Below, piece by piece: positions 44,124 to 52,239 of a DNA stretch of 62,694 bases. This stretch comes from Myxococcota bacterium. GTDB lineage: Bacteria; Myxococcota_A; Polyangia; Fen-1088. The stretch is from contig JBKPRZ010000272.1 of NCBI GenBank assembly GCA_046734815.1, positions 1-62,694 on the forward strand, in the 5' to 3' direction. The position numbers and the translations under genes are program-made. Position 1 is the first letter of the stretch; each line of letters starts with the position of its first letter. The notes below the pieces were generated by a model, which did not search any database, was not told the DNA's origin, and saw only the letters and a program-made list of their open reading frames with translations.

Positions 44124-45020
44124 TCAGGCGGTGACCAGGGTGCCGGCGCCCTTCTCGGTGAACAGCTCGACCACCACGCTGTGGGGGGCGCGGCCATCCA
44201 CCACGTGCACCGCCTCGACCCCACCGGCCAGCGCGCGCAGGATGGCGTTGGCCTTGACCTGCATGCCGCCCTTGACCGCGCGGCCCTCCTGCAGCCTGCC
44301 ACTCAGGTCGGCGGCGCGCAGCTCGCTGAGGAGCTTGCCGTCCTCGTCCAGGATCCCGGGCACGTCGGTCAGGAAGATCAGCTTGCGCGCCCGGATCGCC
44401 ACCGCGATCTCGGCGGCGGCCACGTCCGCGTTGATGTTGTAGGTGGTGCCGTCCAGCCCCGCGCCGATGGGTGACACCACCGGGATGTAGGCCTTGTCCA
44501 GGCACATGTCGAGCACCTCCGGGTGGACGCTCTCGACGTCGCCCACCAGCCCCAGGTCCGGTTTGCCCGGCCGGGGCGCCTGCTTGCGGGCCTGCAGCAG
44601 ACGTCCGTCCTTGCCCGACAGCCCCATGGCCGAGCCGCCCAGGGTCTGGATCAGCCCGACGATCTCGCTGTTGACCCGGCCGGTGAGGACCATCTCCACC
44701 ACCTGCATCTCGTCGGGCCCGGTCACGCGCTGCCCGTCGACGAACTGGCTCTTCTGGCCCAGCCGTTCCAGGGTGCGGTTGATCTCGGGGCCACCGCCGT
44801 GGACCACCACCGGCAGCAACCCGGCCGCCCGCAGCAGCACCACGTCCTGGGCGAAGGCGCGCTTCAAGGCCGGATCGACCATGGCCGCGCCGCCGTACTT
44901 GATCACCGCGCGCGTGCCGGAGAATCGCTGGATGTACTTGAGCGCGGCCACGACCAGCTCGCGCTGGTTGGCCAGGCTCTCGCCCGATGGATGGGGGCTG
45001 GCGGCGTTCGGATCGCTCAT
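44124..45020 (-). CDS. argB: Acetylglutamate kinase
   Basis: The 298-aa protein has RAVIKYGGAAM, VVVHGGGPEI, FVDGQRVT and NINADVAAAEIA, which are classical ArgB blocks. Its ATG overlaps the argC stop (ATGA at 45017-45020). Confidence 0.9.
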   Translation of the reverse strand: MSDPNAASPHPSGESLANQRELVVAALKYIQRFSGTRAVIKYGGAAMVDPALKRAFAQDVVLLRAAGLLPVVVHGGGPEINRTLERLGQKSQFVDGQRVTGPDEMQVVEMVLTGRVNSEIVGLIQTLGGSAMGLSGKDGRLLQARKQAPRPGKPDLGLVGDVESVHPEVLDMCLDKAYIPVVSPIGAGLDGTTYNINADVAAAEIAVAIRARKLIFLTDVPGILDEDGKLLSELRAADLSGRLQEGRAVKGGMQVKANAILRALAGGVEAVHVVDGRAPHSVVVELFTEKGAGTLVTA

Positions 45021-46090
45021 GGCAGGTGGCCCACCAGGTCGGCCAGGCCGTCGGTTTCGGGAAAGCCGAACATCAAGTTGGCGTTCTGCACCGCCTGGCC
45101 GGCGGCCCCCTTGACCAGGTTGTCCAGGGAGGCGCAGACGATGGCCACGTTCCGCTCGGCGTCCGCGCGCGCGCCCAGCACCACCCGGTTGGTGCCCACG
45201 GTGGAGGCCAGGGTCACCGCCTCGGCGTCGGCCACGCGCAGGAACGGCCGCCCCTCGGCAAAGGTGGCCAGCGCCCGGGTCACCGCCGCGCCGGGGTCGC
45301 CGGCCGCCGTGGCGGCCGGGGTCAGGCGCCCGTACACGGTGGCCAGGATCCCGCGGCGAGCCGGCAGCAGGTGGGGCGTGAACACCAGCCGGACGCCCGG
45401 GACACCGCCCAGGGCGAGGATGCGCTCGATCTCGGGCGTGTGCTGGTGGCGCAAGATCCGGTACGCGCGGATGTCGCCGTCCACCTCGGAGAAGGAGTAT
45501 TCATCAGTCGCCCGGCGGCCGGCGCCCGTGGTGCCGCTCTTGGCGTCGATGATGATGGAGGTGGGGTCCACCAGCCCGGCCCGCAGCAGGGGCAGGACCG
45601 CCAGCGCGCTGACGGTGGCGTAGCAGCCGGGGTTCGAGACCAGCCGCGCCGCCGGCAGGCGCTCGGCGGTTCCCGTCGCCTCGGGCAACGAATAGACCGC
45701 CTGGGCCAGCAGGCCAGGATCGGGATGGGCAAAGCCGTACCAGCGCGGATAATCAGCCGCGGGCAGCCGGAAGGCGCCCGATATATCGACCACCCGGGCG
45801 CCGGCGGCCAGCGCCAGCGGCGCCAGCTCGCAGGACGCCTCGGCGGGTGTGGCGAGAAAGACCAGCGACAGCTCGCCGAACGCCTTCTTGCCGTCCGCCT
45901 GCGACAGGCAGGCCACGTCGGCGGCGGGTCCGGGCAGCGCCAGGCGGGCGCCCAGCTTGCTGCCGGCCCATTTGTCCGACGTCGCCTGGACCAGGCGGAA
46001 ATGCGGGTGACGGGCGAGGATGCGCGCTAGCTCGATCCCGGAGTACCCGGACACGCCGACGATCCCCACCCGGGGGGAACCGGAACTCAT
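45017..46090 (-). CDS. argC: N-acetyl-gamma-glutamyl-phosphate reductase
   Basis: The 357-aa protein has RVGIVGVSGYSGIELARIL, an active-site context SNPGCYAT, and LDNLVKGAAGQAVQNANLMFG. It starts 9 nt after the P450 stop. Confidence 0.9.
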   Translation of the reverse strand: MSSGSPRVGIVGVSGYSGIELARILARHPHFRLVQATSDKWAGSKLGARLALPGPAADVACLSQADGKKAFGELSLVFLATPAEASCELAPLALAAGARVVDISGAFRLPAADYPRWYGFAHPDPGLLAQAVYSLPEATGTAERLPAARLVSNPGCYATVSALAVLPLLRAGLVDPTSIIIDAKSGTTGAGRRATDEYSFSEVDGDIRAYRILRHQHTPEIERILALGGVPGVRLVFTPHLLPARRGILATVYGRLTPAATAAGDPGAAVTRALATFAEGRPFLRVADAEAVTLASTVGTNRVVLGARADAERNVAIVCASLDNLVKGAAGQAVQNANLMFGFPETDGLADLVGHLP

Positions 46091-46099
46091 GGGCGGGAA

Positions 46100-47515
46100 C
46101 TATGGCGACGATCCCGCCGCTGCACAAGGCCGAGCCGCCGCCGCATCCCGACGCCGCACACGCATGGGCAGGTCGTCGCGCGGGCGCAGGGTGATGGCGG
46201 GCTGCAGGCGCAGCTGGTAGCCGGGGCGCGGCGCGAGCTCCACCTGCTGCAGCAGCACGGCGAGGATGATCACCGCCTCCATCATGGCAAAGTGCGCTCC
46301 GGCGCAGACGCGCGAACCGCCGCCGAACGGCAGGTAGACGTGCCGGGGCAGGCGGTCCTCCAGGCCGTCCAGCCAGCGCTCGGGGTTGAACGCCTCGGGA
46401 TCGTCGAAGTAGCGCGGGTTGCGGTGGCTCGCCCAGGGGGTGATCAGCACCTGCTGGCCGCGCCGGATGTTCCAGCGCGAAACCACCAGGTCCGTCAGCG
46501 CCTCGCGCCCGAAGGCCCAGACCGGCGGACGCAGGCGGAGGGTCTCCTTGACCACCGCGGTCAGGAAGGGCAGCCGGCGGACGTCCTCGGCGCCGGGGCG
46601 TCGGCCCTGCAGAGCAGTCTGCAGCTCCTGGCGAGCGCGGTCCGCCGCGGCCGGATGCTGGCTGAGAAACCAGAGCGCGAAACAGAGCGCCATGGCCGTG
46701 GTCTCGTGGCCGGCGAGCATGATGGTCACCACCTCGTCGCGCAGGTGCGCATCGCTCATCGGCTGCCCGTCCTCGTCGCGCGCACTCAGGAGCCGCCCCA
46801 GCAGGTCATCCCGATCGGCGCCGGCATCGGCACCGTCCTGCCGGCGGCGCTGCTCGATGATGGTGGTGACCACCCGGTCCAGCCGCGCCGCCGCCTGGCG
46901 CAGGCGCCGCCGCACCGGCAGCGGCCAGGACCGGGGCACCAGCCGCCGCCAGGTGAACACCAGCTGCGCAAAGGCGGCCAGCGCCTGGTCCAGCGCGTGC
47001 GCCACCTCGCGGGCAGCCGACTCGACGTCGGTGCCGAACAGGGTCTCGGCCACCACCCCCAGGGTCAGCTTCATCATCGCCGGCCGCACCGCCACCTCGC
47101 TGCCGTCGGCCAGCGAGCCCGCCAGCCGCTCGGTGGCGCGGGCCATGGCAACGGCATAGGCGGCGATCTGCTTGCGTTGCAGCGGCGGCGCCACCAGCTG
47201 CCGCTGACGCCGCCAGTGCTCGCCGTGGCTCGTCAGCAGCCCCTCGCCCAGCACCACGTCCAGCGCGCGGGTGGTCCAGTCCTTGGAAAATCGGTGTTCC
47301 CGGTCCAGCAACACCTCGCCCACGCCCTCGGGATCGCTGAGGTAGACGAACGACGCGCCGATGCCCGGCAACTCGCCGGCCCCCGGGTAGCGGGCGGTGA
47401 ACCGCTCGATGAAGCCCAGCGGGTCGCGCGCGAAGGTGATGAAGGCCAGCAGGCCCTGCAGGCCGGGCGCGCGCGGCGGCGGCCCCGGCTGGCTCGCTTG
47501 CACCGCTTCGCTCAT
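46100..47515 (-). CDS. Cytochrome P450
   Basis: ATG 47515 gives MSEAVQAS and overlaps the upstream stop (ATGA). The I-helix is IMLAGHETTA, the K-helix is ETLRLRPP, and the haem-thiolate loop is FGGGSRVCAGAHFA. The product is 471 aa. Confidence 0.9.
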   Translation of the reverse strand: MSEAVQASQPGPPPRAPGLQGLLAFITFARDPLGFIERFTARYPGAGELPGIGASFVYLSDPEGVGEVLLDREHRFSKDWTTRALDVVLGEGLLTSHGEHWRRQRQLVAPPLQRKQIAAYAVAMARATERLAGSLADGSEVAVRPAMMKLTLGVVAETLFGTDVESAAREVAHALDQALAAFAQLVFTWRRLVPRSWPLPVRRRLRQAAARLDRVVTTIIEQRRRQDGADAGADRDDLLGRLLSARDEDGQPMSDAHLRDEVVTIMLAGHETTAMALCFALWFLSQHPAAADRARQELQTALQGRRPGAEDVRRLPFLTAVVKETLRLRPPVWAFGREALTDLVVSRWNIRRGQQVLITPWASHRNPRYFDDPEAFNPERWLDGLEDRLPRHVYLPFGGGSRVCAGAHFAMMEAVIILAVLLQQVELAPRPGYQLRLQPAITLRPRDDLPMRVRRRDAAAARPCAAAGSSP

Positions 47516-49158
47516 AGCCGTTTCAGGAACTCCATCACCGCCTCCCGCTCGCTTTCCAGCATATGCGCGAACGGCTCGACGTGCCCGCCGTTGTGCTGCC
47601 CGGGGCGGCCGGTGTCGTACACGTCGGGCAACATCCAGGGGCGGTATCCCTCCGGGTAGCGGTACACCCCATCGGCTCCGACCTCGCCCGCCACGCCCAG
47701 CCGCCGCCAGTCCAGGCGGTGCCCGCCCACCTGGAACCGTGTGGGCCGCGCCTCGGGATGCATGAGGTGCCACAGCGTCGGAACCGAGCCGTTGTGCAGG
47801 TAAGGCGCCGTGGCCCACACCGCGCTCAGCGGGGTGGCGACGTAGCCGTGGCTGGCCCGCGCCTCCAGCAGCGGCCCCAGCGCGGTCTCCTGGAAGGCGC
47901 CGTTGACCCCCTCGCCCACCGCCTGGGCGCGCGCGGGGTCGGTCCCGATCACCTCGACCGGAACCACCCGGTTGGGGAACTCGACCAGCCGGAACCGCCC
48001 GTCGACGTCGCGGGCATACCGCCCGTGGCAGCCCTCGCAGTGGCAGGCGTACACCTCCTCGCCCTGCCGGGCGCGGGCCTCGTCCAGCGGACCGGGAAAC
48101 GGCGGCGGCCGGTAACGATCGACCAGATGTTGCAGCACCTCGCGCACGGGACCGACGTTCTTCGTGGCCGCCACCTGGAAAGGCACGCCCAGCGTTCCCA
48201 CGGTCACCACCGCGGCCACGCCGGCCATGGAGGACAGCGCTCGTCCCTGCAGCGGGCGCTGCAGCGGCCCGTCGTGCGCCCAGCCGGGCGGCGCGTAGAC
48301 GGCATCGGTCAGCAGCGCGGTCTTGAAACGGAGGGCCCCGAAATCCGGCACGCCCACGAACGCCACCTCGCCCTCGGCCCGGCGATCCAGCGGCAGCACG
48401 CCCAGGTACATCTTCATCGTGGCCACGCCGTTGGTCAGACCCGGCGAGCCATTGGAATACGGGGTGAAGCCGCCGATCCGTTCCAGGGTCGGCAGGCGGC
48501 GGGCGAGCTCGGGCAGGTAGCGCCGGCGGATGGTGTCCAGCTCCGCGGCGCTCACCTGCGGGAACACCGCCGGGATGGCCGCCAGCAACTGCTCGGGCGC
48601 GCGCGCGGCTGCCCGGAACGCGGTGAACACCTCGTCGGCGTAGCGGCCCAGATCGATGGAAGTGGAGGGCAGTCCGATCCAGGCCTCGAGGGTGGGAAAA
48701 CCGTCCGCGTCGTAGGTGGTCCCGGCGTGGCAGGTGGCGCAGCCGGTGTTCACCACCTCCATCTGCAGGCGCGGCCAGCGGTTCTCGATCGTGCCCCCCA
48801 CCAGCCCCAGCGGACGGCGCAGGGCCGGCGGCGGGTCGGCCGCCGGCCAGTTGGCGATCCGCCGCGGCACCAGGAACCCGTAACGTGTGGACAGCAGCTG
48901 TCCCCCCGCGCGCTCGCTCAGCTCGGTCGCGGGGTCGCGCTCGCGCTGCTGCAGCAGCAGGGCGGTGATCAGCACCTTCCAGGGCACGGCGCTACGGCTC
49001 AGGGTCTCGGTGGTCAGTCCGTGGAAGTCGTCGAACATCAGGCGGACCAGCCCCCGGTCCGCCGCCTCGCCCGCCTCCGGCAGCGCCGGCGCGCGCGCCT
49101 CCAGCACCGGCGCGCAACCGGCGACCGCGGCCAGCAGCAGCCACACCAGCCGGCTCAT
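47512..49158 (-). CDS. Di-haem cytochrome c lipoprotein (cytochrome-c-peroxidase/MauG-like superfamily)
   Basis: ATG 49158 gives MSRLVWLLLAAVAGC with a lipobox and overlaps the upstream stop (ATGA). There are two CxxCH motifs (CATCH and CEGCH). The distal block APYLHNGSVPTLWHL resembles the APY(F/L)H(D/N)GS block of di-haem peroxidase-like enzymes. Confidence 0.75.
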   Translation of the reverse strand: MSRLVWLLLAAVAGCAPVLEARAPALPEAGEAADRGLVRLMFDDFHGLTTETLSRSAVPWKVLITALLLQQRERDPATELSERAGGQLLSTRYGFLVPRRIANWPAADPPPALRRPLGLVGGTIENRWPRLQMEVVNTGCATCHAGTTYDADGFPTLEAWIGLPSTSIDLGRYADEVFTAFRAAARAPEQLLAAIPAVFPQVSAAELDTIRRRYLPELARRLPTLERIGGFTPYSNGSPGLTNGVATMKMYLGVLPLDRRAEGEVAFVGVPDFGALRFKTALLTDAVYAPPGWAHDGPLQRPLQGRALSSMAGVAAVVTVGTLGVPFQVAATKNVGPVREVLQHLVDRYRPPPFPGPLDEARARQGEEVYACHCEGCHGRYARDVDGRFRLVEFPNRVVPVEVIGTDPARAQAVGEGVNGAFQETALGPLLEARASHGYVATPLSAVWATAPYLHNGSVPTLWHLMHPEARPTRFQVGGHRLDWRRLGVAGEVGADGVYRYPEGYRPWMLPDVYDTGRPGQHNGGHVEPFAHMLESEREAVMEFLKRL

Positions 49159-50048
49159 CGCCGTCCTCCGCCGCCCACCAGCCGCCGCAGGAACCGGCGC
49201 ACCAGGAACCCGCGCGCCGCCGCGACCAGCGTCCCGCGGGTCCGCTCGGCGCGGCCGGTCCAGGGATTCCAGAACAGCCCCTCGGGCCCGGGGCCGCCGG
49301 GCCGCCCCAGCAGCTCGCGGATGGCCTCGTACGCCATCAGGCAGCCGGTGATCCAGACCATCGGCGCGAAGGAGATGCGCGGCCGCGCGCCGCTGACCAT
49401 CTCCCCGGCGACGGCCAGGTCCACGTGCGCGGCGGTGCTCGAATGGGTCAGCACCCACTCGAGCTCCCTCTGCTTGCACCCCGCCAGCACCTCCTCGCTC
49501 AGCTGATCGATCTCGCGCCCCACGCTGGGGTAGCCCAGCCGTTCCTCGGGGCGGGGGTCGCCTGGCCGCACCACGCAGACGTTGGGCAGGGTGGAGGCGA
49601 AGGCGTCGACCACCGTGCGCCCGACCCGCCGCCCCTCGCGCATCAGCCGCAGGGTGGCGCGCACGTCGTCGCAGCCGTTGATGGCCACGTCGGCGGCGCT
49701 CAGCAAGATGGGCAGCTGCTCGGTCCATTCGCCGCCCAGCACGTCCACCCGGCAGTCCGGGTTGACGCGCTGGAGCTGCTCGCGCGTGACCGCCGTCTTC
49801 TCCTGCCCGAGAACGTCCAGGTTGGCGAAGATCTGGCGGTTGAGGTTCGACAGCTCGAACCGGTCGATGTCGGCGATGGTCAGCCGGCCCACCCCGGCCC
49901 GGGCCAGGCAGGCCACCGCCACGCCGCCCATCCCGCCCACGCCGGCCACGAACACGTGGCCCGCGCGCAGGCGCCGCTGCTCCTGTGCCGAAACGAATCC
50001 CAGGTTCCGCTGGGTGAAGCCCTCGTAAGAAAATGCGTCCGCGGTCAC
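49155..50048 (-). CDS. ThiF/MoeB/HesA-family E1-like adenylyltransferase
   Basis: GTG 50048 overlaps the upstream stop (GTGA). The sequence runs GFVSAQEQRRLRAGHVFVAGVGGMGGVAVACLARAGVGRLTIADIDRFELSNLNRQ, giving the nucleotide-binding G-x-G-x-x-G followed by D..D...SNLNRQ. At 297 aa it shows no ThiS/MoaD-like fusion, no CxxC pairs and no obvious peptide-clamp domain. Confidence 0.75.
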   Translation of the reverse strand: MTADAFSYEGFTQRNLGFVSAQEQRRLRAGHVFVAGVGGMGGVAVACLARAGVGRLTIADIDRFELSNLNRQIFANLDVLGQEKTAVTREQLQRVNPDCRVDVLGGEWTEQLPILLSAADVAINGCDDVRATLRLMREGRRVGRTVVDAFASTLPNVCVVRPGDPRPEERLGYPSVGREIDQLSEEVLAGCKQRELEWVLTHSSTAAHVDLAVAGEMVSGARPRISFAPMVWITGCLMAYEAIRELLGRPGGPGPEGLFWNPWTGRAERTRGTLVAAARGFLVRRFLRRLVGGGGRR

Positions 50049-51016
50049 GGTGTGCCCTCGTTGGTCCTCTCTGCCCCGCTCTCTCGCAAACCCGGTGCCG
50101 GAATCAGCCAGCGCACCACCGGCACCACCAGACTGAAGAGCAGCAGCAGCAGCGCCTGGAACAGCAGGCGGCCGGCCAGCCCGGGTGGGCCCTTGCGCCG
50201 CAAGAACCTCCACGACGAGGCCAGGGTCCAGGTGCCCAGCTGCAGGAAGTCGTCGCCCCGCGCGTAGTCCAGCGCGCGCTGGCAGCAGCCGTTCACCGCC
50301 GGATCGCGGTGCTTGGGCGCCTGCTCGAAGCTCTTCTTCAGCTCGTCCGAGCCGCCGGTGTAGGCGTCGGTGATGATCTGCCGGGCCTCGTCGAACCCCG
50401 CTTCCTCGGCCACCCCGAAGGCGGTGCGGTGGACCTTCATGATCGCCCGGGCGCGCAGCAGGTGACCGAACGTCTGACGCGCGCCCGGCCGGTGGCTGGG
50501 GTACACGTCGTCGTAGCCCTCGGCCACCAGCCCGAACACCGCCGGCACCTGGGTCACGTTCGAGATCCAGACCGGCCGCATGCCGCTGCGGAAGAACAGC
50601 AGGAAGTTGGCCAGCCCGTACAGCAGCTGCGACAGCCCCCGGCTGCGGTGATCGCGGTGCACGTAGGCCAGCCCCAGGTGGGCCACCCGCTCGAACCGGG
50701 GCAGCTCCAGGTAGCGCAGGGCCGAAAACGCGATCGGTTCGCCGGTCGAGCGTCGGTAAACCAGGGTGACCACCCGGTGGGCCAGCTCCTCGCGATCGCC
50801 GGTCAGCGCGCCGTACAGGGGGACCGGCTTGCCGTCCTGGCCGGCCGCCGCCACCGCGCGCAGCTCGGCGGTCAGCTGCGCGAGCGCGGCGTCGTGCAGC
50901 CAGCGGCCGGGCCGCTCGAGCACCGCCACGTCCAGATCGCCGCCCAGGGGCAGCCGCAGCGCCAGCCGCTCGGCTCCCAGCAGCGACGACCCCAGCGAGC
51001 GCAGCCCCCTCAGCAT
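50045..51016 (-). CDS. Hypothetical protein, possible GNAT-fold acyltransferase with a C-terminal TM helix
   Basis: ATG 51016 gives MLRGLRSLGS and overlaps the upstream gene by 7 nt. A GNAT motif-A-like segment is HLGLAYVHRDHRSRGLSQLLYGLANF. The C-terminal hydrophobic helix is LLFQALLLLLFSLVVPVVRWLI. The fold assignment is tentative. Confidence 0.5.
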   Translation of the reverse strand: MLRGLRSLGSSLLGAERLALRLPLGGDLDVAVLERPGRWLHDAALAQLTAELRAVAAAGQDGKPVPLYGALTGDREELAHRVVTLVYRRSTGEPIAFSALRYLELPRFERVAHLGLAYVHRDHRSRGLSQLLYGLANFLLFFRSGMRPVWISNVTQVPAVFGLVAEGYDDVYPSHRPGARQTFGHLLRARAIMKVHRTAFGVAEEAGFDEARQIITDAYTGGSDELKKSFEQAPKHRDPAVNGCCQRALDYARGDDFLQLGTWTLASSWRFLRRKGPPGLAGRLLFQALLLLLFSLVVPVVRWLIPAPGLRESGAERTNEGTP

Positions 51017-52239
51017 GCCACCGCCTCGGGCGCGCTCCGGCGCGCGTGCAGCACCCGGGACAGCTCGGCGATCGGGTACAGCGCCTGACGGAGGGCGCCG
51101 CGGTCGAGGAAGCCGTCCACCGCCACCGTCATCACGGCACCCGCCGAGAGCGGCACCAGGAAATCGCAGCGCTGCTGCTCCAGGAGGTCCAGCACCTGCT
51201 CGGCGGCCAGGCTGGGCGCGGTCGACCCGCGGGCCAGACGCGCCAGCAGGGCGGCGCGATCCGCGGGGCCGGGGTGGGCCAGGAAGTGGCGGTCCATCTG
51301 GTCGTATCCGCCGGCGGCCAGCTCCGCCGCGGTCAGCACCTTCACCTCGCGCAGCTCCGGCCAGCCGCGAAGGTTCTCGACGTAGCGTTCGAAGTCGTCG
51401 GTGCGCAGGCGGGCCAGGCGGCCCAGCAGCGCATCGGCCCGCCGCAGCTCGTTCTGGGTGACCGCCACCCGGATGGGGTCCAGCACCAGGAACGCGATCA
51501 CCGGCAGGACGCTGGCCCACACGGCCAGATCCGCGGGCGCCCCCTCGACCAGCGCCGCCAGCGCGCGGGCCAGCAGCAGCGATGCCGCGGCGAACAGGGC
51601 CAGCCGTCCGAGCATGCCGCGTACGCGCCACAGCCCGCCCGCGTGGAACGAGCAGGCCGCCACGTAGGTGACCAGCAGCAGCCCCGCCGCCCCCAGCCGG
51701 GGCCACCGCCCGCCCAGCGCGTCCCGGTTCTCGCTGACCACCGCCACCAGCGCCGCCGCTCCCAGTGCGCTCATCGCCACCAGGGTGCTGCGACCGGGGC
51801 CCTGCCGGCGGGCCGCCGCCGTGGCCACCAGCGCCGCGAACACCCAGACCAGCGCCGCCAGCTGATAGCCCATCATGGCAAGCATCCACCCGCGGGCCTG
51901 CGACCAGGCCCCCGCCCAGGTGATCCCGAAAAAACCGGTGGCCAGCAGCGCGAGCACCTTCAGAACCAGCGGCACGCGCCGCCCGGTGACCGCTTCGGCG
52001 TACAGCAGGGCGCCCAGCGGGAACAGCCCGAAACCCAGATATTGCAGATGCCGCGACCAGGCCGCGGCGGTCAGCGCCTGGTGCCCGCGACAGCCGAACC
52101 CGACCGCCAGGAACAGCAGCAGCGCGGCCAGCCGCCGCTGGACCCGCCCCGGCTCGCAGCGGACCACCACCGCGGCGACATACAGCAACGCCCCGGCCGC
52201 CGCGGCCAGGTCCAGCAGGGTCTCGAGCCGGGCGCTCAT
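51010..52239 (-). CDS. Polytopic membrane protein (about 8 TM) with a soluble C-terminal domain, unknown function
   Basis: ATG 52239 gives MSARLETLLDLAAAAGALLYVAAVVV and overlaps the upstream stop (ATGA). Successive hydrophobic segments are followed by a region of about 130 residues beginning QNELRRADALLGRLARLRTDDFERYVENL. Confidence 0.6.
   Translation of the reverse strand: MSARLETLLDLAAAAGALLYVAAVVVRCEPGRVQRRLAALLLFLAVGFGCRGHQALTAAAWSRHLQYLGFGLFPLGALLYAEAVTGRRVPLVLKVLALLATGFFGITWAGAWSQARGWMLAMMGYQLAALVWVFAALVATAAARRQGPGRSTLVAMSALGAAALVAVVSENRDALGGRWPRLGAAGLLLVTYVAACSFHAGGLWRVRGMLGRLALFAAASLLLARALAALVEGAPADLAVWASVLPVIAFLVLDPIRVAVTQNELRRADALLGRLARLRTDDFERYVENLRGWPELREVKVLTAAELAAGGYDQMDRHFLAHPGPADRAALLARLARGSTAPSLAAEQVLDLLEQQRCDFLVPLSAGAVMTVAVDGFLDRGALRQALYPIAELSRVLHARRSAPEAVAC

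Noticed and set aside
47516-49728. Long N-terminal extensions offered by the ORF track for several genes. Examples are 47512..49728, 46100..47818, 50045..51889, 51010..52728, 52236..53939, 39418..40626, 30512..33091, 26683..30462, 54117..55832 and 13509..15020.
   Set aside because: The extensions overlap the upstream gene in another frame and have junk-like composition. They end exactly where an internal ATG or GTG forms an ATGA/GTGA/TGATG junction, or where a signal peptide or lipobox begins. I used the internal starts.
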